A DNA stretch of 7,774 nt from the IMG/VR virus record IMGVR_UViG_3300048920_000286, positions 1 through 7,774 of that record; one strand, 5' to 3'. Positions 1-5,843 of this stretch are shown here, piece after piece (position 1 is the stretch's first letter; the number at the start of each line of letters is the position of its first letter). Position numbers and translations under genes: made by a program. This DNA is from a virus. The notes below the pieces were generated by a model. That model did not search any database, had not been told where the DNA came from, and saw only the letters and a program-made list of their open reading frames with translations.

Positions 1-127
1 GCCTGATGCACGCCTCCGCACGCCGCACCGAAATGGCCTCAGAGGCCATGCAGCGCAATAAGCGCGCGTCGGGTGCTTCTCTCAAATCCTACCTCGCGGC
101 GGCACCGATCGCGTTGACCCCGGAGGG
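1..127. repeat. Terminal redundancy, left copy (identical to 7648-7774)
   Basis: Base-by-base comparison: gcctgatgcacgcctccgcacgccgcaccgaaatggcc...gaccccggaggg occurs at both ends in direct orientation. Confidence 0.95.
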
Positions 128-884
128 CCAGCGCGAAGCGCTGGCCCTTGGGCTTGTCCATTACAAAACAAGTGACACCGCGTCGAAGACCGGTCGTCTC
201 TCAATCGAAATCGATCCGCTACAGCAGCGGGCGCAACGGCTGCGCAAGTCCGTAATCACGAGTGCACGACTCCATGACCAAGAAGCGAAGAAGGGATCGA
301 GGCGGGGCAAGTGGTACATGCTCACGCTCACCTACCGAGACGGAAGCCGTAGCGGCCCTCGTGACGTTAGCGAGCTACTTAAACGCATGCGCGGCCACTT
401 CAATCGAACTGTCGCTCGGCTCCGACGGCTCACGGGTCAAGTGTTCCGTTACCTGTGGGTGGGCGAACTCACCCAGCGCGGATGGCCCCACTACCACCTC
501 CTGATTTGGGTTCCGCAAGGCATGTGGTTTGGCCGCGTCGATCACAGGCAGTGGTGGCCGCACGGATCCAGCAAGTTCGAAGAGGCCCGCAACGCTGTCG
601 GGTATCTCGCAAAGTACGCATCGAAGTTCAGCAGCGTGATGGCTGCTGCATTTCCGAAGGGGTTCCGCACGCACGGTTGCGGCGGGCTCAATGAAGAATC
701 CCGCCGCGAACTGCGGTGGTGGAAAGCGCCCATCTCTGCACGCGAAGCGCTCGGCGGTGAAGCCGACATCCGTAAGTGCCAGGGCGGTTATTTCGACAAG
801 CTCACCGGGGAGTTCTGGTCGTCCCCGTGGCGAGTGACATTCGCATTCGGCCGGACTATCGCTTGGAAGGTAATCCCACTATGA
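1..884 (+). CDS. Rolling-circle replication initiator (HUH Rep), C-terminal part of the 345-aa protein that begins at 7494
   Basis: In frame with position 3; the first in-window ATG is at 6. HUH motif PHYHLLIW has HYH at 489-497. The two-tyrosine motif YLAKYASK is at 603-626. The sequence WYMLTLTY lies upstream. The stop overlaps the next start (ATGA at 881-884). Confidence 0.9.
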   Translation, partial: LMHASARRTEMASEAMQRNKRASGASLKSYLAAAPIALTPEGQREALALGLVHYKTSDTASKTGRLSIEIDPLQQRAQRLRKSVITSARLHDQEAKKGSRRGKWYMLTLTYRDGSRSGPRDVSELLKRMRGHFNRTVARLRRLTGQVFRYLWVGELTQRGWPHYHLLIWVPQGMWFGRVDHRQWWPHGSSKFEEARNAVGYLAKYASKFSSVMAAAFPKGFRTHGCGGLNEESRRELRWWKAPISAREALGGEADIRKCQGGYFDKLTGEFWSSPWRVTFAFGRTIAWKVIPL

Positions 885-1177
885 AAGTTGAAATCATCAG
901 CGAGAACATCGCCGTTCGTTCGTTCCCCGCACGCGAAGGCAAGGCCGCAACGGTCTTCCGGGAGCAGAAAGCAGCCATCGTCCGCCCGGGCGACTTCCCG
1001 CTGCCGTTCACCGTTGGTCTCGATGAAGACCAGCAGCCCTACAAGATCGGGACCTACGACCTGTGCCCGACCTCGTTGCAGAACAACAAATTCGGCGGTC
1101 TGGAGTTTGGTCGCCGTATTCGACTGCTGAACCCGTCGCCCACTCCCGGCCCGGCCCCGGTCAAGCCGCAACCGTAA
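881..1177 (+). CDS. ssDNA-binding protein, Ff gene V protein-like (98 aa)
   Basis: [10 protein letters not shown]... parallels Ff gVp [25 protein letters not shown]...[15 protein letters not shown] parallels gVp LDEGQPAYAPGLYTV...FGSLMIDRLRLVP. A GGAAGG SD lies upstream. The start ATG 881 overlaps the Rep stop. The track ORF 776..1177 is the same frame with a spurious upstream extension. Confidence 0.9.
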   Translation: MKVEIISENIAVRSFPAREGKAATVFREQKAAIVRPGDFPLPFTVGLDEDQQPYKIGTYDLCPTSLQNNKFGGLEFGRRIRLLNPSPTPGPAPVKPQP

Positions 1178-1192
1178 TCCTGAGGAGTTCCC

Positions 1193-1399
1193 ATGGAAGA
1201 GACTGTTCTCACGCTGTACTGCAAACAGGCTGATTTCGATGCCTCGACCGGGCAGTGTGCGCATCCCTTCTATGGACCAGCGCCGATGCTTCTTCCGCCC
1301 ATCGACGTTGCCGAAGGCCTCGCACTGTCAGCCGCAATCGCTGGCATGTGGGGCGTCGGATACATGATCCGGCAAGCCCGCCGGGTCTCAGGCGGTTAA
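1193..1399 (+). CDS. Small leaderless membrane protein, coat-protein paralogue (candidate minor virion protein), 68 aa
   Basis: A GAGGAG SD lies 6 nt upstream. The C-terminal TM plus basic tail ...AAIAGMWGVGYMIRQARRVSGG aligns with the major coat C-terminus ...AAVLAMCGLVALIRAGRKASGG. There is no signal peptide. Two Cys lie in the N-terminal part. Confidence 0.7.
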   Translation: MEETVLTLYCKQADFDASTGQCAHPFYGPAPMLLPPIDVAEGLALSAAIAGMWGVGYMIRQARRVSGG

Positions 1400-1421
1400 C
1401 CACCACCATCGAGAGAGAGTC

Positions 1422-1649
1422 ATGAACAAGATCATCAACCTGCGTTCCAAGGCCCGCAACGTCAGCATCAAGGCCGCAGCCGTCGTCACCACCGCCATGG
1501 TTTCCGTTCCGGCCTTCGCTGGCGAGCTGGCCCAGGCTGCAACGGACGGCATGGACAAGACCGAACTCGGCCTGATCGGCGCGGCCGTTCTCGCCATGTG
1601 CGGTCTCGTTGCCCTGATCCGCGCGGGCCGCAAAGCCTCCGGCGGCTGA
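1422..1649 (+). CDS. Major coat protein (pVIII-like) precursor, 75 aa
   Basis: The signal peptide ends in PAFA|GE. The predicted mature protein is about 42 aa, with an acidic N-terminus (E,D,D,E), a hydrophobic core LGLIGAAVLAMCGLVALI and a basic C-terminus RAGRKASGG. A purine-rich SD (gagagagag) lies upstream. Hand-counted GC3 is about 84%. A strong terminator follows. Confidence 0.9.
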   Translation: MNKIINLRSKARNVSIKAAAVVTTAMVSVPAFAGELAQAATDGMDKTELGLIGAAVLAMCGLVALIRAGRKASGG

Positions 1650-1665
1650 GGCTAGGTCAACGGTA

Positions 1666-1695
1666 GGGGCGGGGAAACCCGCCCCTTTTCTATTT
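1666..1695 (+). terminator. Rho-independent terminator downstream of the major coat gene
   Basis: Perfect 8-bp GC stem GGGGCGGG (1666-1673) / CCCGCCCC (1678-1685) with a GAAA loop, followed by TTTTCTATTT. The position matches the attenuator after gVIII in Ff-type phages. Confidence 0.8.
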
Positions 1696-1707
1696 AGGGG
1701 ACACGCC

Positions 1708-1776
1708 ATGGCGTACGCCGGATATTTCGTGATGATCGGTTTGTTGGGGGGTCTATGGCTCGCGCTGGATGGCTAA
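1708..1776 (+). CDS. Speculative 22-aa hydrophobic micro-ORF (MAYAGYFVMIGLLGGLWLALDG)
   Basis: ATG 1708 is preceded by AGGGGA at 7-nt spacing. The peptide is almost entirely hydrophobic and overlaps the pIII-like start by 22 nt in another frame. Hand-counted GC3 is about 73%. It is too short to call with confidence. Confidence 0.25.
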   Translation: MAYAGYFVMIGLLGGLWLALDG

Positions 1777-3158
1777 TCGCAGTACAGATCGCGGCAGCGT
1801 TCCTATTGACGTTGCTACCTCACTTCGCGTCTGCTCAGACTTACGCCGACGAGGGCGCTGCGTATGCCGCCTGTGTTCCGGTTGCTGCAGCGGCCGTGGC
1901 CTCGAACACGAACCTTCGTCGCAACCCGATTTGCCGTAAGCGCGACGCAACGGGAACCGATACACCAAAGTCGTACTGGGCATGTTTCAACTATCGCAAC
2001 AGCACCACGCTGCCGTGGGTCAGCGGTGTAGCTTGCACTCAGAGATTCGATTTCAAGGACGGTTGTTCCAGCCGTCCTGCGTATACCGGCGTTGGCCCGT
2101 GGTCTTCCGGCGGCGGCTCCGCACGCAACGGCAGTCTCGGTTGCCAGAATGGGTGCGACGGCGTTTGGTATAGCAACGCCGATAACTCCATGACTTTCAA
2201 CGTCACCGGTGATCTGTGCCCGAACGATGAAAAGAGCAACTGCGAGCACATGCCCGATGGCTACTACTGGAACGCCGCACTAAACGTTTGCGAGCCGCCT
2301 GAGGGTAAGTGCCCGCAGGGAAGGTCGCCTAACTCACTCGGCAAATGCGAGCCTGAGCCGTGCCCGGCCGGCAAGATCATGCAAGCTGATGGCACCTGCA
2401 AGAACAAGGACAACGAATGCCCCGCAGGGCAGATCAGGTCGCCTGACGGCAAGTGCTTGCCCGGCGACGGCCAGTGTGCCCAGGGCGAAGTGCGTGGCAA
2501 GGATGGAACCTGCAAAAAGGACCGTGACGGCGACGGCAATCCTGATGAGGGGGAGGAGGGCGGCGAGGGGTCTGACGGCAAGAAGAAAGATGAATTCTCA
2601 GGCGGCGATGACTGCAAGACGCCCCCGACTTGCAGCGGCTCTCCGATCATGTGCGGGCAGGCGCGAATCCAATGGCGCATCGATTGCAACACCCGCAAGA
2701 ACCGCAACGTCGCTGGGGGCACCTGCAACACACTCCCGGTTTGCACCGGGGAGAAGTGTGACGCTCTTGAATACAGCGGGCTTCTCATGCAGTGGCGTAC
2801 TGCGTGTGCCACTGAGAAGCTTGCCCAGGGTAACAACGGCAACGGGGGCGCTCAGCCGGAATGGACCAAGGTCGGCGGAATGTCCACGGATCCCGGTGCA
2901 GGAGCATCACCTGATGATCTGAAGGTACTGAGCACAAAGACGATAAGCGTCTCTGACCTCGATCAGTCCGGCATCGGCGGCGGAGGCTCATGTATGGGCT
3001 TCGCCTCCGGCGGCAGCAATGGCATCACTTCTGGGTTCATGTCGGCCATCTCCACGCCGCCGCCTTTTTTCTGCCAGTACATCGCGCAGATCAAGGCGCT
3101 GATCATCACTATTGCTGCGGTCGCCGCGGCTGTCATCCTCGCGCGAGGTGGTAACTAA
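1755..3158 (+). CDS. pIII-like minor coat / host-adsorption protein, Cys-rich secreted protein with C-terminal membrane anchor (467 aa)
   Basis: Signal peptide ...LLPHFASA|QTY. There are 28 Cys. It contains four tandem C-[PA]-x-G-x6-G-x-C modules, an acidic/Gly-rich linker (DRDGDGNPDEGEEGGEGSDG) and Gly-rich stretches. The C-terminal TM is ALIITIAAVAAAVILA. It sits between the coat gene and the pVI/pI genes. Confidence 0.85.
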   Translation: MARAGWLIAVQIAAAFLLTLLPHFASAQTYADEGAAYAACVPVAAAAVASNTNLRRNPICRKRDATGTDTPKSYWACFNYRNSTTLPWVSGVACTQRFDFKDGCSSRPAYTGVGPWSSGGGSARNGSLGCQNGCDGVWYSNADNSMTFNVTGDLCPNDEKSNCEHMPDGYYWNAALNVCEPPEGKCPQGRSPNSLGKCEPEPCPAGKIMQADGTCKNKDNECPAGQIRSPDGKCLPGDGQCAQGEVRGKDGTCKKDRDGDGNPDEGEEGGEGSDGKKKDEFSGGDDCKTPPTCSGSPIMCGQARIQWRIDCNTRKNRNVAGGTCNTLPVCTGEKCDALEYSGLLMQWRTACATEKLAQGNNGNGGAQPEWTKVGGMSTDPGAGASPDDLKVLSTKTISVSDLDQSGIGGGGSCMGFASGGSNGITSGFMSAISTPPPFFCQYIAQIKALIITIAAVAAAVILARGGN

Positions 3159-3448
3159 TGCCCCAGATCATTGCAGCCCTCGTGGCCCTTCTTGTCTCCG
3201 CTGCGCGACAGTATCTGCCGGGCATCCTCGGCCGCGTCCTGCTCGCATTTGGCATCGGCTTCATCACCCATGAGGTTGCCATGCCGTCGCTCAAATCGTT
3301 GGTCGAGTCGAAGTTCGGCGCGCTTCCACCGGTCCTTCAGGCGTACTGGGGTGCCACTGGCATTGGCGTTGCCGTGACCATGATCCTGTCTGCATGGATT
3401 GCCGGTCGCGCGCAGAAGGCCGTCCTGAGCAAGCTGGGGACCAAGTAA
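3158..3448 (+). CDS. pVI-like small hydrophobic virion/assembly protein (96 aa)
   Basis: TAATG overlap with the pIII-like stop and a GAGGTGG SD. It has two to three hydrophobic helices. Its position immediately upstream of the Zot/pI gene is typical of inoviruses. The functional call rests on position and hydropathy only. Confidence 0.75.
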   Translation: MPQIIAALVALLVSAARQYLPGILGRVLLAFGIGFITHEVAMPSLKSLVESKFGALPPVLQAYWGATGIGVAVTMILSAWIAGRAQKAVLSKLGTK

Positions 3449-4590
3449 TGGCTCTTTACCTTGTAACCGGCCAGCCAGGACACGGCAAAACGGCCTACGC
3501 ACTAGACAAGGCATTCAAGTTCCAGAAGGAGGGGAGGGCGATCTTCGCTCACGGCGTAAAGGACCTCGACTACGCCAAGGCGGGGTGGACGTACGTCGAA
3601 GACCCGAAGAAGTGGGAGCAGCTACCCGACGGCGCTGTCGTCCTGCTCGATGAGTGCTATACCGTTTTCCCGAACCGCAATCCGGGTGCCGCTGTGCCTG
3701 CGCACGTGCAGGCTATGGCTACGCACCGGCATCGCGGCTTTGACTTCATCATGATCGCGCAGCAAGGATTGCAGCTTGATCCGTTTCTACGCGGTCTGTA
3801 CGAAGAGCATGTGCACGTTCGGCAGACGTCGATCATGCGCAGCAAGACAAAGCTCAAGCGCTGGAACCAGTATCAAACGAACGTGCAGGTCAAATGCACC
3901 GACGTGATCGACTGGGTGCGGCCTAAGTACGTATTTGATTACTACACCAGCACCACGCTCGTCACGACAAAGCGAAGCATGCCCATGTGGATGCGGTGGC
4001 TCGTCGTTGCCTTCGTTGTAGTCATCGCGCTCGTTTTCGCAATCAAATGGCAGCTACAGAAAAAGATCGAGGATTACTCGGCCGTTCCTGCCGCCCAGCA
4101 ACCGATGGGCGCTGGACTGCCCGTGACTGCCGCCAGCGAAGCGGGGGCGGGCGCGGGCGGGCCAGTGACCTACGCATCCACCGCTGAGTACGCCAAGGCG
4201 CATTTACCCCGGATCGGGACCATGCCCTGGACAGCGCCAATCTACGACCAGCGCGCCATTACCACCGATCCACAGCTGATCTGCATGTCCAGCATGGAAG
4301 GTCTTGACGGCCACGGTAAGCGCGCGGAGGCGTCCTGCACGTGCCTGACAGAGCAGGGCACGCGTTACGAGCTTTCACAGCCTGAGTGCCGCACCCTTGC
4401 CCGCAACGGCCCGGTCTACAACCCATACAAGACACAGCGGGATTTCTCCGCTGCGCCAAAGCCGCCTGAGTACGTCGCCGAGCCTTTGCCACTTCCATCG
4501 CCGGGCATTACCGGCACCACCGTGCCTGCACCTCAGCGATCCATGGGCACGTTCCCCGAGTCACCGCAGAATCGGTACGACGGCGGCTAG
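3448..4590 (+). CDS. zot: Assembly ATPase pI / zonula occludens toxin (Zot)-family protein (380 aa)
   Basis: Start MALYLVTGQPGHGKT, with Walker A at 3469-3492. Walker B is VVLLDEC at 3637-3657. A central TM (WMRWLVVAFVVVIALVFAI) is followed by a periplasmic C-terminal domain with a Cys-containing ...CTCLTEQGTRYELSQPEC... motif. TAATG overlap with the upstream stop and a GGGGA SD. The track start at 3394 lacks these signals. Confidence 0.92.
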   Translation: MALYLVTGQPGHGKTAYALDKAFKFQKEGRAIFAHGVKDLDYAKAGWTYVEDPKKWEQLPDGAVVLLDECYTVFPNRNPGAAVPAHVQAMATHRHRGFDFIMIAQQGLQLDPFLRGLYEEHVHVRQTSIMRSKTKLKRWNQYQTNVQVKCTDVIDWVRPKYVFDYYTSTTLVTTKRSMPMWMRWLVVAFVVVIALVFAIKWQLQKKIEDYSAVPAAQQPMGAGLPVTAASEAGAGAGGPVTYASTAEYAKAHLPRIGTMPWTAPIYDQRAITTDPQLICMSSMEGLDGHGKRAEASCTCLTEQGTRYELSQPECRTLARNGPVYNPYKTQRDFSAAPKPPEYVAEPLPLPSPGITGTTVPAPQRSMGTFPESPQNRYDGG

Positions 4591-5030
4591 CATGGGTCAT
4601 TGGGTACATCCCGCCAGCCACCCTCAATCCGCTGTAGCCTTTTTCCGCCTATGCACCGTTCGCCAGCGCGCAGCGGATTGGGTGCTGCGTAAGCGGGCAT
4701 GGTGTCTAACGCCTGCTCCATCGATCGGCGGAACGCCCTAGCTTCCGCCTCCGCTTCCCGGGTGAGCTTCGCTACGTCTGCGTCGAATTTTGCCTGTTCG
4801 GCCTTCGTCATGGGCCGGGTCAGCTCCGCCGTAATCGCAGCTGCCTGCCTGCGGGCATTCCATTCGATCAAGCCCATGATGATGAGAATGGCGGCCACGA
4901 CGCCCCCGACGATGTGTCCCCAAGGCGGACCGTTGGTCTGCCGGCCTACATGGCGAACCCGGTCGCTGCGAAATTGAAGGTCCGTCACGTCGGGCGCGCT
5001 GAATGTCGGCTCTTGCCGTTCTCTGTCCAT
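4587..5030 (-). CDS. Hypothetical single-pass membrane protein with coiled-coil-like region (147 aa)
   Basis: ATG at 5030 is preceded by a GGGGGG SD (ggggggatttATG on the - strand). TM is WGHIVGGVVAAILIIMGLIEW, followed by the Ala/Glu/Lys-rich helix TKAEQAKFDADVAKLTREAEAEARAFRR. It is convergent with zot. I recognise no family. Confidence 0.6.
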   Translation of the reverse strand: MDRERQEPTFSAPDVTDLQFRSDRVRHVGRQTNGPPWGHIVGGVVAAILIIMGLIEWNARRQAAAITAELTRPMTKAEQAKFDADVAKLTREAEAEARAFRRSMEQALDTMPAYAAPNPLRAGERCIGGKRLQRIEGGWRDVPNDPC

Positions 5031-5058
5031 AAATCCCCCCAGATTGCATCCTGCGGGC

Positions 5059-5088
5059 ATTCTAGCTGGGGCATCGAGGCGGCGTCCC
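5059..5088 (-). promoter_or_regulatory. Candidate sigma70-type promoter for the 147-aa gene
   Basis: On the - strand: GGGACG (weak -35), an 18-nt spacer, then TAGAAT (-10, 5/6 match; + coordinates 5059-5064). It lies about 28 nt upstream of ATG 5030. Confidence 0.25.
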
Positions 5089-5153
5089 CCGGAGATATGC
5101 CAACCTCCGTGCTGCCCCGGAAGTGGCCCAAGGCAAGGCAATGACATTATGTG

Positions 5154-5182
5154 TTGACTGTCACAGAATCCATCGCGATTAT
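5154..5182 (+). promoter_or_regulatory. Candidate sigma70-type promoter for the 82-aa gene
   Basis: TTGACT (5154-5159), a 17-nt spacer, then GATTAT (5177-5182). The 9-mer CCATCGCGA occurs twice (5170-5178 and 5205-5213), flanking the -10 region and leader. Confidence 0.35.
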
Positions 5183-5220
5183 TCGAAGGCGACAAGCGGT
5201 CGCGCCATCGCGAGTGTGTT

Positions 5221-5469
5221 ATGGCTTGGTACGTCGATCCGGCACACGTTTTTCACGTCAACAGTGACCATGTCTCTTGGAGTACGCAGAACGGGCCGGG
5301 GGCACTAGTCGCGCACTCTGGCATCTATCGCTGCGGGGGGTGTAATAAGGAAGTCACGTGTAATGCTGGTGATCATTTCCCGCCTCAGAACCACCATCAA
5401 CACACCATCCTCGCTGGAGGACCCGTTCGTTGGCAGCTGCTTGTCGCTACCAACACCGAGGGCAGATAA
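5221..5469 (+). CDS. Hypothetical small protein with CxxC plus His-rich (HHxH) putative metal-binding motif (82 aa)
   Basis: ...SGIYRCGGCNKEVTCNAGDHFPPQNHHQHT... looks like a degenerate zinc-ribbon knuckle. The SD is weak. Hand-counted GC3 is about 60%, against about 84% for the coat gene. It is divergent from the 147-aa gene. Confidence 0.5.
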   Translation: MAWYVDPAHVFHVNSDHVSWSTQNGPGALVAHSGIYRCGGCNKEVTCNAGDHFPPQNHHQHTILAGGPVRWQLLVATNTEGR

Positions 5470-5487
5470 CCTCCCGCTGACTGGGCG

Positions 5488-5519
5488 CTGTCATTGTTGG
5501 TTGCTGCCAGCAATGACAG
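5488..5519. other. Long stem-loop (13-bp stem, 1 mismatch)
   Basis: ctgtcattgttgg (5488-5500) pairs with ccagcaatgacag (5507-5519) around a 6-nt loop. It starts 19 nt after the ORF82 stop. There is no U-tract, so it is not a classical intrinsic terminator. Confidence 0.6.
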
Positions 5520-5550
5520 TTCTGGATCCTGCGGCAAGCTCGTGCGGGGT

Positions 5551-5569
5551 GTAGGGGCAGCGCCCCTAC
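5551..5569. other. GC-rich stem-loop between convergent genes
   Basis: gtaggggc (5551-5558) pairs with gcccctac (5562-5569) around a 3-nt loop. It lies between the 3' ends of ORF82 (+) and the DUF3653-like gene (-). Confidence 0.6.
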
Positions 5570-5579
5570 GAGTGCGCTT

Positions 5580-5843
5580 TCATCCGGCAGACCGTCCGAA
5601 GTGCCGGTCCCGGAAGTCGCCCAGGTCTACAACGACGACCTTGACCATCTGGCGCTGACCGGCTTTTCGCTGTCCGGCCTCGGCCTTGCGCCGGGAGGCG
5701 AACCCGGCGACCCTGAGTTCCATCTGATCGCGCCACGCCAGCCCGGCAATCCGTTCGGGGGTCATGCGGTCGCCGTCAGGGCTGACTAGGTAGTTGCCTC
5801 TGACGCTCCAGCCCGCGAAGGGGCCGGTCAGGTACTGGCACAT
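5580..5843 (-). CDS. DUF3653-like phage protein (87 aa)
   Basis: The N-terminal LTGPFAGWSVRGNYLVSPDGDRMTPERI matches my recollection of the conserved GW..RG..LV.P.G core of DUF3653 proteins from proteobacterial filamentous prophages. This is recalled from memory, not searched. It overlaps the repressor 3' end by 16 nt. Confidence 0.65.
   Translation of the reverse strand: MCQYLTGPFAGWSVRGNYLVSPDGDRMTPERIAGLAWRDQMELRVAGFASRRKAEAGQRKAGQRQMVKVVVVDLGDFRDRHFGRSAG

Noticed and set aside
1-127. Terminal 127-nt repeats as LTRs, transposon ends or att duplications
   Set aside because: They are direct, perfectly identical and lie inside the Rep reading frame. There is no transposase or integrase. Circular-contig overlap is the simplest explanation.
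776-880. Upstream extension of the SSB ORF (133-aa version)
   Set aside because: It lies inside the Rep coding region. Homology to Ff gVp begins exactly at MKVEI (ATG 881), which is coupled to the Rep stop by ATGA.
1651-1661. Exact 11-mer GCTAGGTCAAC shared between 1651-1661 (after the coat stop) and 6450-6460 (at the ORF222 stop)
   Set aside because: Several exact 11-mer pairs are expected by chance in about 7.6 kb (roughly N^2/2 divided by 4^11). No extended similarity flanks the match.
375-2842. Many long antisense or off-frame ORFs (e.g. 375..674 -, 788..1264 -, 1209..1709 -, 1815..2249 -, 2264..2842 -, 2389..2922 +)
   Set aside because: These are typical shadow ORFs of GC-rich coding DNA. 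Their translations are Arg/Pro/Ser/Gly-rich, they lack SDs, and they are fully nested in well-supported genes.
3394-3447. Upstream extension of the Zot ORF (MDCRSRAEGRPEQAGDQV...)
   Set aside because: It lies entirely within the pVI-like gene. ATG 3448 has a GGGGA SD and a TAATG coupling overlap, and it places the Walker A motif at the usual N-terminal position.
4587-4590. Zot and the convergent 147-aa gene share overlapping stop codons within a GCTAGC palindrome
   Set aside because: It is real, but it is a trivial consequence of TAG being self-complementary within CTAG. No regulatory meaning can be inferred.
5031-5195. Upstream extension of the - strand ORF to 202 aa
   Set aside because: The extension is P/G/C-rich and not protein-like. 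It would cover the divergent promoter region. The internal ATG 5030 has a GGGGGG SD.
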